NCBI GenBank assembly: GCA_964016885.1
Contig: OZ024743.1
Location: 293,198,001 to 293,262,000 of the forward strand
Source of the DNA: Eledone cirrhosa
Lineage: Eukaryota
Direction: 5' to 3'
DNA: 64,000 nt
Below the pieces are notes generated by a model, which searched no databases, was not told where the DNA came from, and worked only from the letters and a program-made list of their open reading frames with translations. Positions 19,062 to 32,039 of the stretch are shown here, one piece after another. A program made the position numbers and the translations under genes. The number at the start of each line of letters is the position of its first letter. The stretch's first letter is position 1.

Positions 19062-19610
19062 GGGATAATAAAAAAAAATATTAATTGCCTTAGTTAACTG
19101 AATCAAATTACTGATATTGTTGATTAACAGGCCGAGTGAAAGATAAATAAATAAATTAAGAGTTTATCCCAGTTGAGAATCGAACTCGGGAAGCTGGCGG
19201 ACGTAATAATTGCAATCATTGGTAGACACGTCGTCACATTTGTAGGAAAAGGGATGCCGCTCCTTCAAATTTAAACACACTTACAAAACAAAGAAGGGTT
19301 CATTCTAGTTAGGGGTCAAATAGCATTTCAGTTTGAAATTCGAAAAAGAGATATATATGTAAGCAACAGTGTATTACTGTACAAATTCTCCCACCCTCCT
19401 CGTTCCGTGAGAAGTAATCAGCCCGATATATGTTACCGTTCATCCTGAATAATTTCAGAGTGTGTTGGTAATGTCAACGGTTTTAACGTTTTTTTTTTTT
19501 TTTATATATTCAAACGTACTTGCTTTTCATCTTAATTACCCTAAATAGATACATAAAGATTACACCACCACAACTGTCATCACACTTCCGAACACCCTGT
19601 GCGCGCACGC

Positions 19611-19654
<44 letters not shown>

Positions 19655-19657
<3 letters not shown>

Positions 19658-19802
19658 TAAAATTCCGTTATAACGAATACTATTATGACGAATTTTTCAA
19701 TATAACAAATTATTTTTAATCGCCGAGATAATAAACAAAAGCTCGATTTGTTTCGGTCGATCTTCTTATAAACAATTTTTCGTTATAACGGAATTTCACT
19801 AA
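19655..19802. mobile_element. Tc1/mariner-pogo-type MITE
   Basis: Terminal inverted repeats AAATTCCGTTATAACGAA / TTCGTTATAACGGAATTT, adjacent to TA. Confidence 0.7.
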
Positions 19803-20184
19803 TATATAAGCAAATCGGGTGACTTAGGAAATATTTCAAAAATTCGAGATGCCTCCATCCACGTTATTTTCTCTCCAGGGGTACTTTTCTCATCTATTTT
19901 CTTATTGTATATAGTGATCGACTATTGTTGTGGTAATTTGCATTGGGACGAATTCATTTCATGTGTGTGTGTGTGTGTGCTAGTATATTACCCATTAAAA
20001 ATTGATGAGATTTTTAGTAAAAGAATTGATTTCAAGATTCTCCAAAAATATGCACGAATAAATAAATAAATTATATATATATGTACGTATGTATGTATGT
20101 ATGTATGTACATGTATGTACATGTGTGTGTATGTATATATAGATATATACACACACACAAAGAGAGGTAGAGAAGGAAAGATAT

Positions 20185-20335
20185 GTTGGTTTATTCATCT
20201 TACTGTATAGCTACAGTGCTTCGGTGAAATTAGTGTTCACTAAGCTTCATGAGAAGTGTCTTTGATGAAGCTTAGCGAACACTTGCTTTGCTAAAACGTC
20301 GTATCTATGTTACAAGAAAAGGAATAAATTAACCT
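20185..20335. repeat. Old degenerate fold-back palindrome with hammerhead-like remnants
   Basis: AGTGTTCACTAAGCTTCAT / ATGAAGCTTAGCGAACACT core with decayed outer arms. Confidence 0.55.
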
Positions 20336-20446
20336 GCAAAATCATTTTATTATAAATATTGAAACCCTCTTTATTTTAGGGCTGCAAAAATCAGAACCTC
20401 AAATACACTGATGAAGGGGCAAGGAAGAGGTTGACAGACATTACAC

Positions 20447-21400
20447 CTAGTTAGGGGCGGTGTTTAGGCTACGTCTCGCGAGCAAAACTGCTAAGTCATT
20501 ACCTCGGACTATGGCTAACGACACTCGCTGCAACTGCAACCCCAACCCCACCTCGCGAGGCTCCTTTCTCAGACGGGCTGATGACGTTCCGATATTACGG
20601 AGGAGCTCGGCTGTACGGGGTCCGAAGACGCCTGAGGTCTCGATGAAGACCGGGGAAAAGAAGAAGCGACCGGACAAGCCCTGGTTTTTGCTTGTCTTCT
20701 TGTCCTCTGCATTGCCGGCCGCAGTACCAGGGTTTGTTGCCGAAGCGACTAAGTTGGAGGCGGAGAATGTCATAGCAAGTCGCTTCTCGGATGAGGGATT
20801 TACCTCCTTCGAAAGGGAAGAGGGTAATTCTGTCGGACCGATTGCCGGCTCCTCGGTCGTGGCCTGCTGGCTCCAGTTGTGATGGGAAACCGGCTGCGTC
20901 CAGGTTCATTCTCAATATGTCGTTGAGAGCGGTATGTCGGTAGAACCGGCCTGCACTCTGGTGGCATGACAGCCACACAACAGCATTTTTGTGGCTTACA
21001 CACGCGGAGGACGGGGCGTTGGGCCACTCCGATGCGAGTGCACTCGTCACCAAGAAGGGTGCCGATTGATGAGGAGGGCACCGAATTGTGCCACGCACCG
21101 CTGTTACATTGGACATCTGTGTACTGGGTGACAGAAGCCTTCGCCGGTCAGGTTTGGTTGTCTTGCTGAGGACCTCGTTGATGAGGGTGTGACTGGAAGA
21201 AATTGAGGAGAGGTTGGCCGACAGTGCCAGATTCGAAGCGGATCGGAATCCGAGGCCACAAACCCTCACTGGGAGTTTCGCCTATTGCAAGTCGGCACTG
21301 TCGAAACTAGCATTGCAGATGGGTTCTGCATAACATTGGAGGGTGGCGTCGAGTTCAAAGAGGTGATCTGCGTGAGAGTGACAAGGCACCTCGCGCCCAG
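20447..21400 (-). mobile_element. Decayed CRE-like non-LTR retrotransposon 3' fragment (restriction-like endonuclease)
   Basis: Frameshifted peptides GLGFRSASNLALSANLSS, RHTALNDIL...LEPAG..R..G.RSDRITLFPFEGGKSL, AEDKKTSK...FSPVFIETSGVFG and QRVSLAIVRGN resemble the C-terminus of CRE-clade proteins; locally GC-rich. Confidence 0.8.
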
Positions 21401-21715
21401 TGAACAAAAATCTGGGATGGGCGAAACAATTCCATCAATTGTATTATTGTAGTTGTAAGTTACAATTGACCGACATTTTTAGGTGTCTGTTTCCCCTTTT
21501 AAAGGAGCTTGCCGTCACTAGCATGTTTGTAGTAGCATATACTAATAGTTTAACTCCCCTCCTTTCATATCAATTTCTATACATCTGTACCCTCCTCTAC
21601 TTCAACTAGCCGTCACCGCCGCTAAAGACACAAACACATTGTGAAAGGCTGCTGTTTGTGTAACTGACTACAACGAACTCATTGTTTTACTTTTATTCTT
21701 ACCTTTTTAGTTGTC

Positions 21716-22070
21716 CTGGCATGGCCGAATAGTTAGTTCGCCCTGCAATCATAGTATCCCAGGTTCCATCCCACTGTGTGGTAACTTTGGCAAATGTCAT
21801 TTATCATAGCCTCGAATCGACCAAAGCATTTAGTAAAATTGTGTAGACGGAAACTGATTGGAAGCTTGTCAAATGGTCAATTCCTTATTCAAAGGGTCAG
21901 TTTGGTCACACATTGTATCACTTGAATCTCCCTGAGAATTACTTTAAGGATACGTGTATATATGGAATGATCAACCATCTGCACGTTAATTTCATAAGCA
22001 GGATGTTCCGTTGATCGAATAGTTGAATCACTCATCGCAGAAATGTACGGAGACCCATTCGACGCATTTA
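21716..22070 (+). mobile_element. tRNA-derived SINE (degenerate)
   Basis: GGCATGGCCGAATAGTTAG...GGTTCCATCCC head followed by a body similar to 27800-28140 and 15030-15095. Confidence 0.55.
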
Positions 22071-25000
22071 TTTATTGTCTCTATCTATTTCCCTCGTTGT
22101 TCTATGTTTGCATGTCTGTTTATCTGTCTCCCAATAGCTCCAGGTATAATAAAAATTTTAAAAATTGCAGACCATAAAAATGAAAGGCATCTGCTATTTC
22201 GTTGTAAATCTTCGCCTTTTTTCTTTATTTTTTTTTAAATCGATAAACTGAAAAATTTATTTGTTAAAATATTTTTCTGAATGACTTTTTTTTTCGATAA
22301 CAACATAATTCACAACTAACTGTTTTCAATCGCTGCCCACCAATAAATTAACTCAACAAGATTAGACTTGGCTGTCGGTTATGAGTCCCAGAAAAGAATC
22401 TTTCTTCAGGCTTTGTTAAGACTTGCATATCTTTTTTTGAGTTTTGTTTTGTTAATGGGTTTTATCTTTCATTTTGATTTTATTACTTGTTGTTTTATAT
22501 ACCTAAAGCGAAACGTCCTCACTACCTTTCGCTTCTTTCATTCGCCCATTGGTCTAATCTTGCTGACTGTCCATTTATTTGCTCTCAGTTTTACATTTTA
22601 CACTTAGCTGAAAATGAGTAGCAACAGCAACTGGGCTTCGACCCAATGCTTGTAAGCATGGAAAAACGGTTACTAATTCTTAAGAGGGCCCCTCCCCAAT
22701 CAAAACAACAGGCAGGATTCATTTCTCCTTTGTCTGGTTTACAGCTTTCTTCGAAGCAGGTATATTGACCGACGACAGAACTCAGCTACTCTCTATATGG
22801 CACATTAAACAAACTTATTTCATACATTTTATCAACTTCGGTTATTTTTTTGTCGACAACTTTCGTCACTAGTTTTCACGGTCTCTATGTTGTGTTTGCT
22901 TGTTCATTCATTTATTTGTCTTTCATAAAAATATATTTGTCTGTCCATCCGATCATTTTCACGTTGTCAATTTTTATACGTCCATCGTTCTATCGTCTAC
23001 GATGTATGCCTGTCCGTTTTGAATCTGTCTGATTTTCGCCCTCTGTCTCTCTCCGTATAAAGCAGCATGCTTATTTAAAATAAGGGCTGTAACTACCGAT
23101 ACTACTTATATAGGAGTTTATAAAGTATACACATTACGATCTTCGTGATTTTCTTATTTAAATCGTTAACAGAAAACCTATTTTTCACTCACGCACGCTC
23201 ATTCAATACAGTTTGTATAGTACATTTGGGTGTGTGTAGGCTTCGGTCAGCATTCTGGCGATAAAGATTATATTATCGGGTTTCTCCTTTTTGAACGTGG
23301 AGCGGAGTGGGGTTGAATTTGGGTGCTTGCTACATATTCACCAAACATAATGCGTGCGTGTGTATATGCTTCTTTTATTCAATACACTTAACATACACCA
23401 AGTAAACGATTCATATCCTGTTTATAGTCAAAATATTTGCTAGTGATGGTTTACCTCGAAGTTTCGCCTGTCAAACTTCGTGGTAAACTCACGTGCGTGC
23501 GTTACTTTAGTTTTATTCATACATACGTAAATGAACTTACGTCGGTTTCAACGATGAGTATTCCAGTTCGATCAACTGAACGGTCGACTAATTGAATTGT
23601 TGTCTAAGTTGTAAAGTATTTTACAAAAAAGACTGGACCTTTGAGTTGCAAGCACTGACCATCGAACAGGATTGGTAGAAACTTAGTTTATGGTAAAAAG
23701 CAATTGCCAATGCCACGTTGTGGTATCAAACTCGGACCCCCATGATTTTACAACGAACCTTTACAGCTACATCTATTTTAAGTTGCTTACAACACTTAGG
23801 TTTCTCCTGGAGGTTACCAAACTTAGTACTAACTAGGCTTGGTATTATTAAACTACGGAGATCGGTCGAGAACTGATGTGGTCAATTAACTCTATATTTC
23901 ACAGAATTAAGTCAACTTGGCATATGAATAAAGTACACCGCACACCTTAGCATCTGAAATATTAAGTACTTTATTTTTTATCTAAGCTTTCTTCTCAAAC
24001 AAAATATAGGAACATAAACACACAGTAATCTTCCGTGTTGGGGGAAGGGTTGCCTTTTTGTTAAGCTTGTTCCCTGTTGCGTATAATTCCGTAGCGTAGC
24101 GTGAAAACTATTTTTCCATTGACTTTCCTATAATGAATTATAACGCGTTTCTTCGAACATTTTCAGGGGAAAACAAATATAAAAGTAACATTACATGACT
24201 AGCTTTATATCTGAAAATACCCATTTTTAAAATGTATAGTATAATGCTATGTACATTAAAAAAGGAAGAAGGGTAAAAAATCACGTGCAGATAAATACAG
24301 TAGGAAATACATATGAATAATAAACCTGTATCATTGACTTGAATGACCATTGTGTTTATCGTCCCTTTACGTCTAGACTGGTCCTTGATCAGTAGCCGTT
24401 CCTTATTAATGACCACATTACATTTACTAAAGAACACTGTCCGAACAGTTAATAAACGAGTTGCATGAGTACTTGACATAATTTCGACTTTACATATTGT
24501 CACATTTTGTTCTTTCTCTCTTAAAGTAGAGGTTACAATAAGACTGATATTTTCTCCCGCTTTAAAACCATAGGAAAAGACCAAGTTTTAACGTCTAACG
24601 TAATCCATTTACGACAATTTTCCACAAAGGTGCGTGGTTTAGTGGATAGGATATTTGACTCACGAGTTTGAGTTCGGTTCTTGGTGATGTGTTATACCCT
24701 TTACGTTGTGTCGGTCCATCCAGCTGGCAAAACTGAGATGCATCTGTAACATTCAAAGAAGGCTGTAGTTTGTTAGATGCCTTACGCTATGTCCCGGCTT
24801 TGTACACTCTGAGTCCATACCTAGCTGCGACCCACGAGAGTGGTAGATGTAATTCATGGCTCTTGTGTGCCTTAAGCGGAAACCACTCTGCAAACATTTG
24901 AATCAGGTCTCCGGTTCCTCCACCGCTTCCTCGCACCAATCTCGGAGGCAATCAAAAAGGTCAATGGTACTCCCCTCCTCGATATACTCAAATTATTTGT

Positions 25001-26989
25001 AAAATGAAATGTCCGAATTAGGAATCGCATTATCATCTTATGTGTCAGTCAGGTTTGGAGAACGGCAAATCTGACAATATACTGTACTACATATTTTAGA
25101 TCAATAATGAGCAACCTTATTTCTAGCAGTGAGCCTTATAAGATATTACTAAAAAAATATCAGGCCATACCACTAACAGAATTTTTAATACACCTCTAAT
25201 GTGTTCTGGAATAAAAAAAAAAGCTACTTAAAGAGTTTGCTTTGCTGGAGAAGTATGTGTGTGTACGTTCATGACACCCTACTTTGAACACCTTGATAGC
25301 TTTTGGTCAGTGTCTAGGTGGGCGAGCCATACTAAAAATATCTAAAGGTTAGCATACTGCCAAGAGTTAACCATCCTTGTTCTAGCTAGTGTGCCGTGAA
25401 ATCAAAGTTTGATTATTTTACTGGCTGTGAGGTATATTTGAAAATCTGACAGCTCTGCGTACGATTAGATATGTGACTGATGGATTGTGATATGATAATT
25501 GTTTAATTAATTAATTTAATTTCGTGTCGTTTTACAAAATTTTAATTAATGTACCACACACAAAAAAATAATAATTTTTAAAAGTCTTGTAGCCAATGTC
25601 AGAAGTTTGAAAAGCTCTGAACTAGATATCGTCAGCTGGCATTCTTAAAGTTCATAATAATAGTAAAACAAAAATTACATCTATATTTAGAAATAATTTC
25701 AACCATCGCGACGAACCAGAATCTAAAATTGGCAATATTCTTAAAGAATAAATAAAATAAAAAAATGAAATCAATTCTTTAAAAAAATTGATTGATGATT
25801 AATAATTGAAGGTCAATCATTGAACGTTTTTAGCTAGTGTAAAAAGTGCATAAAATGAATAGTTTACAAATGATTTGAATCAGGGGTTTTCAAACTGGGA
25901 TAAATTTATCCCACCCGGGGGGTAAACTTGCTGATTATAGATTTTTAGTTTTATAATCATAATTAATAGCAATCTGAATTCGAGAAGAATATTTGAAATA
26001 GCTCTATTTCGTTTCTTGAAATACTAATGTACTTGAAGGGATTTAACCGATTGTATCGACCCCCAGTACTTTTCAATCTGGCTCTTAATTCATTGATCTC
26101 CTTTTCTCGATTAAATAACGAGACATAAATAGCATGCGAGCCACAGAAACACTCTCACATATGCATCTACCAAATTTAGAAGACACTTGCCCAAGGGGTT
26201 ACAGAGTGGAGCTGAACTGGAGGCAAACCCCTTAAAGACATAGCTATGACTATTACATTTGATATGTTTTCTGTCGCTCTCTTAATTACTTAAGCTACTA
26301 TTATTAATCAACAGCGGAAATCTGGAAGGCTACATGCCAACAAAATAAATGACAGGAAAAAAAAAATGAAAATTGTGAGGGTGGCAGCGGGTCGGAAATG
26401 CAGGTTTGCGAGCCAGCTAGTCAACCAAACACCAGCAACCTGTTAATGACTCAAACCAAATACAAATACCAAGGGGTGAGATAGAGGGTGACATGTCTTG
26501 TCTTTAAACTAAACAACACACCGTATTTGTCTATCTGTCTGGTTGATGTCCTGGTCAAACTATTTTTGTCACTGTCCGTGTTTAACGGTGCAATTTACCG
26601 AATGGAGAAATTAAGTGCTCTGTGGTTGGTTGGTTTAGTTAGTTACCATGTTTTGTTGTTATTATTATTATTTGGTATGAGGTGGGAGACTAAAAGCGTG
26701 TTGGGGGGGGGGGTATGTCACGGTAACAGCAGCAAATATAATGAATGAGCCAAGACAAAACGCATGAATGAGCAATTTGGAGAGAAAGTTAAAATTAAAA
26801 CGAATAGTAGCAATAATAATTTTCTACTTTAGGCCAGTAACTTGAAGGGGAGGAGAAAGTCTATTAAATCGACCCCACTGCATTACTGGTGCTTTATTTT
26901 ATCGACCTGGTAAGGATGAAAGCTAACCTCAGCGGAGAGAAAAGGAAAGATGCCTACACAGCTACCTTATATATATATATATATATAAT

Positions 26990-27141
26990 AGTAATGAGTA
27001 TAAACGGAGTTGCAGCTGTTTAAACGGCAAGGGCTCAGCCGTCGGGGTTGTGACTCATTCATATAACCATACATCTACTACCCCAAGTATCGAGTACTCT
27101 GGTGAGTAATGATCTAATCAGTTTCTAACTGAATCAATCCT

Positions 27142-27150
<9 letters not shown>
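26990..27150 (+). mobile_element. Divergent family X copy
   Basis: AAACGGCAAGGGCTCAGCCGTCGGGGTT...CTACTACCCCAAGTATCGAGTACTCTGGTG aligns with the 36333 copy; lies between (TA)n runs. Confidence 0.65.
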
Positions 27151-27183
<33 letters not shown>

Positions 27184-27194
27184 TTTGTGGTGTG

Positions 27195-27452
27195 TGTGTG
27201 TTGTTTTAAGTAATTTGAGAAAATGACGAGAGCAAAATATCAAATTAGTTTATTAAAACTGTTCATTTTTTTTTTTTTTTGCTCTTCTAAGTTTTAATAC
27301 TGAACTGCAGATATCTAAACAGATAGGTGTTGGTAGTTCAGTATTAAAACCTAAAAGAGCAAAAAGAAAACTTGTAGAATTTTAACAGTTTTAATAAACT
27401 AATTTGATATATTGCTCTCGTTATTTTCTCATATTGCTTAAAACAACACACA
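27195..27452. repeat. Fold-back palindrome (family D), arms ~110 bp
   Basis: TGTGTTGTTTTAAG...AATACTGAACT versus AGTTCAGTATT...CTTAAAACAACACA; TA-flanked. Confidence 0.8.
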
Positions 27453-27465
27453 TTATATATATATA

Positions 27466-27497
<32 letters not shown>

Positions 27498-27799
27498 AAA
27501 ATAATTTATCGACACCTTCACGACGGCATTTCGTCTGAAATGGCAAGTACAACATGAAATAGATTTCGGTTATTGGGGGTGGTAAAGTTTCATTCTGCTT
27601 GAAAAAGCTGGGAACACAGTAAAAATGATGATTTCTAGTATAGGCACAAGGCTAGTAATTTGGGGGATTTGAACTTAGACCGTAACGGACCGTAACTCTA
27701 TGCTGCAAAGCATGGTGCCCGACTCTACCGATACTGCCAATCCACCGCCCTGAACACAGTAAAAATGGAGTGAATTCACACGCCACGAAAATGTGAGAT

Positions 27800-28140
27800 A
27801 GATGGTTAAGAAGTTCGGATTTCAATCATGAAGTGTCGGGTTCGATTACATTGCATGGCATCTTGGGAAAATAGATGCCTTAACCAATACCATCGGGTCG
27901 ACTTAAGCCTTCTTATTGAATATGGTCGACAGAAATGTTTGGAAGTCCGTTCGATGGGTTGTTTGGAATTTAAAAGGCCAGCCTTGTCATGCTGCATCTC
28001 CCTATATGGTGAATAGTCACCTGGGCGTCTATTTACCGAGTACTTTATTCTGTTCATCGAACAACTGGAAGTCATCATCGAAATGGATGGTGATCCATTA
28101 TACATTTTGATAAATATCGACTAGTAATTAATCCAGGTCA
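27800..28140 (+). mobile_element. tRNA-derived SINE (degenerate)
   Basis: TGGTTAAG...GGGTTCGATT head; body shared with the 21716 copy. Confidence 0.5.
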
Positions 28141-28643
28141 AGTCTAAATTAGCACCACCAGTTAAAGCCAATTCACAGTCAAGTCTTTCTTAGGATATCA
28201 TAAACCACTCGAGTAGTGAGTTGGTAGCGTTTTATCTTTCGTTTTACTATGCACAAATATATATTGTATGAGAGAAAATGAATGTTGTGGTTTCTTCCCT
28301 GAGGGCTTTAGCAAGCTGTAGTGTAGTCAAAATTCGAAACTAATTCGCCGTCTCGCTCTCAGCGCGCGAGATTAACTTTTCTGCTTTATCTATATACTCC
28401 ATCACTAACCCATCCTTCTATGTATTGCCGTCCCTATATATAATATATTGGCTTCAGATGTTATCACTTATCACTCTTAATTTCTTAATGCCTTTTTAAT
28501 AATCTTTCTGTCTTTATAGCTAGCTACTTCACTCATTCACTCCTTCATTGCAGATCGGTCGACCGGAAATTGTGTGTATCTGCATTTGTGAGTGTGTGTG
28601 AGTAGATTGTTATCGTGTTTTATCCGAATGTATGTGTGTGTGT

Positions 28644-28694
<51 letters not shown>

Positions 28695-28912
28695 AGTGTA
28701 TACACACACGTTATTCTTTTTGATTGAGCTGATTTCAACCGAAGAGCAAGCTTTTAGGATTTGTGTGTGCATTTATTTATACGCACAGGAGTTTATACAT
28801 AGGCAAGTTAATATGCGTATATATATGTATATATGCATGCAAACAAAAATAAATTTGTGTTTACACATAAAGCTACATATATATTAGTTGCTTACACACA
28901 CACAAACAGACA

Positions 28913-28976
<64 letters not shown>

Positions 28977-29862
28977 CAAAGGAAAATAATCGTGTATGTG
29001 TACTGTACAATTAATATATGTAACCTATTGAGATGATGTTGACCTCCTCTCCAAAAGTCTTTCCTTTTTCCTTTTCCTGTCTCGTCCAATCCCAACACCA
29101 AGACAGCCTGGCGCCTTTTTTCCATTCATCTCTCTTTGTTTCATCAATTGACCACAACGGCTGAATTGCCAAATTTGTTTTGTATCATTTATTAGAACTG
29201 TTCAGATTTTGGAGTTTATTTGTTTTATACTCTTGATTTTTAAGTAGCAGTGTCTTACTTTTAACCTTTTCGTTGCTGTGATTCTAAGGAAAAATAGTCT
29301 CTGATTTGGGAATAATTTGTTTGTTATCAAGAATTTGGACAGATTTAGTAACATCCCTAATTTTCTATTGCCTCCTAGAGGGTGTTAGAATGTACCCTCG
29401 ACTTACAGGTCTGGCGCGAATACTTGCAACAGAGTCGACACTTCTAAAGGCATCCAGGTAAGCCACGGCGGGATTTGAGCTCACAATACAGAGTTGGAAC
29501 AAATATCATCAACCCCATAAGGGGTATTATAGTGAGGGAAACTGAGCCTATCCATGCGATTAGTAGACAACATCCCTCTAATGATCTTTAAAATTTAAAA
29601 ACAAGGAAGTCAGTTAATTCCCCTAAAAATTATTTCATGGACATTTTTTGAAAATATTTCATAAGAGTCGAACCAGGTATAGTAATTACTGGTACATTTG
29701 TTTTATCGACCTCTTCGTCTGATGAGAGACAAATCCGTCTTCAACAGTATATGTCTCTAGAAAGTTGCAAAGCCTGGATCCAATTATGCTAAAGACTCCT
29801 ATCGTTTTCTGCAATGACTAGTGAAAATGGAAACTTAACAGAATCTTTTCGATGAGCATCAG

Positions 29863-30081
29863 TTGCTCAAGAAAGCAAAACAAACAAGCACAGACCTCCA
29901 AAGAGAAGATTATTTCCAAATAAGAGGTCCAAAACTCTTTAATATATTGCCAAAAGAGAAAAAGATTATGAGAATAATCCCCTCGATACATTCAAAGCAA
30001 GACCGTGACAAATGCCTCAAAAGAATTCTATATTTACCGGGTGGCCACGGTTATCTACAATTTCTAGCTGAAAATAATTAA
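29863..30081 (+). mobile_element. Decayed CR1/L2-group LINE 3' end
   Basis: DYFQIRGPKLFNILPK...SKQDRDKCLKRILYLPG..GY aligns with the C-terminus of the 10484 ORF ([15 protein letters not shown]...[19 protein letters not shown]). Confidence 0.75.
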
Positions 30082-30894
30082 TTGGCAAAGAGGATTCTAA
30101 AATTTAAAAGCCTTGGGAGAGTCTAATAGCTATCAGTATTTGAACAACTTGCGCCACAATATCAACAATTGCTTGTGTATTTAATTGCTCTTAAACGTCT
30201 TAAGTTAAAAACAAATATGTGTTGTTGTTTGAACCAAAGTCAGCTCTGATGATCCAAAGCTAATCCACTCCCTTTTCCTGACATGATATACCTAGTACTG
30301 CATTCTAGATTTTCTGGTGGTGGCGGAGGCTGTTATTTTTGGCAAAACAAGCAACCACATAGAAGTTCCGTCTTAGATTCGTGTTTTTTTTAGAAATGCC
30401 ATAGATAACTTTACCACCAAAATTCGACAATATCTGTTTCAACGCAATGATTTTGAATTTCAAAAGAAATATAAAAGAACTATTGGGAAATATACACAGG
30501 ATAGATTTTAGTTTCTTTACCAATGTGAAGAACATGGAGCGGTTAAGAATTAATGAGGCAGTGGAAGTTGTTTCTATTGAATACTTCCGTTCTGTAGGAC
30601 TTTCAATTATTTCTGACCTGTAATGGTTACAGTATAGAATATCGTTCTCCGATAAAAGGTAACTTTTCAAAATTGTTAATGATTTTGAATTTTATGTTGG
30701 TAATGAAATGTGGAGAATTCTTAGAAACATATAAATGGACTCAGAGGGGGATAAACTAGTCCCACTTAGTTTGATCTTTTAATAATAAAACCTATTTTCA
30801 TTACAGAACTTGGGGAAATTGTTGGATTTCGTACAGCGCAATTGATTTTACACCACATATTTCACATGAACTTTGTCACATTTACCATGCGACA

Positions 30895-30920
<26 letters not shown>

Positions 30921-30925
<5 letters not shown>

Positions 30926-32002
30926 GATAATAATGGAGCTGCGGCGTTGCAAATGGGTTACATATGAAAAAGTTTGTCCTTCATCAGTGGCCTTCCAACC
31001 GTCGTAGGCATTTCATCGTTGGTGCGAGCAACGGCTAAAAAAAGTCGTTGGGACACGTAAATAAAGGGGACGCTAGGGTAAACAAACAAAATGGTTTGCT
31101 CACATTTCAACCAGGTTTGATGGTCTTTATTCTCTCGTTCACGATTCCACCAAATTTATATTCATAGAAATCTGGGACTTGTTTCATTCTTCTTCATCAC
31201 TTTCTGTTGCTTAAACCATTTTGTTTGTTTACCCTAGCGTTCCCTTTATTTACGTGCCCCAACGACTTTTTTTTAGCCGTTGCTCGCACCAACCTGAGGT
31301 ATATGGCCTTTAAAGCGATGAAATGCCTACGGCGGTTGGAAGGCCACTGATGAAGGACAAACTTTTTCATATGTAACCCATTTGCAACGCCGCAGCTCCA
31401 TTATTATCATATTTACACATATATTTTTTCCTCTGCTGCTACCCGTCTGTTTCGTTCTTTGTATCTTTACCCTTTCTAGCAGTCTCTCTCTCTCTGTTAG
31501 CCTCTTCCTCACCTTTCACTCACTCATTCTCTGTCACTACCTCTCCTCCTCCTCTTTCTTCCCGTTTGACCTGTCCGTAATCCTTTTCTCGCGCACTCTT
31601 GGCCAAGCCGGTATGAATTTTTTTTCTTTCTCTCTCTCTCTCGTCTGCGACTTCACAGAACTTATGTTTACCGAATTCGCAGACCAGACCCCTTCTTCCT
31701 CCCGTTAGACCTGTGCGAAATTCCTTCCTTGCTCACATTTCAACCAGGTTTGATGGTCTTTATTCTCTCGTTCACGATTCCACCGAATTTATATTCATAG
31801 AAATCTGGAACTTGTTTTTTCTTCTTCATCACTTTCTGTTGCTTAAACCATTTTGTTTGTTTACCCTAGCGTCCCCTTTATTTACGTGTCCCAACGACTT
31901 TTTTTAGCCGTTGCTCGCACCAACCTGAGGTATACGGCCTTTAAAGCGATGAAATGCCTACGACGGTTGGAAGGCCACTGATGAAGGACAAACTTTTTCA
32001 TA
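30921..32002 (+). mobile_element. Non-coding Penelope-like/retrozyme-like element: inverted arm plus ~1.4 tandem copies of a ~632-bp unit
   Basis: 31097-31371 is repeated directly at 31730-32002. 30921-31097 is the reverse complement of ~31215-31412 with a small internal deletion. (TA)n on both sides. Confidence 0.75.
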
Positions 32003-32039
32003 TATATATATATATATAAATAAATATATATATTTATAT

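Noticed and set aside
30305-30740. ORF-like unique stretch (also 24138-24584 and 32327-32773)
   Set aside because: No recognisable motif in any frame examined; would need BLASTX
31303-31352. SECIS interpretation of the covarying stem-loop
   Set aside because: The AUGA core is present in only one copy (ATGG or ACGG in the others), and no upstream UGA-containing ORF is seen
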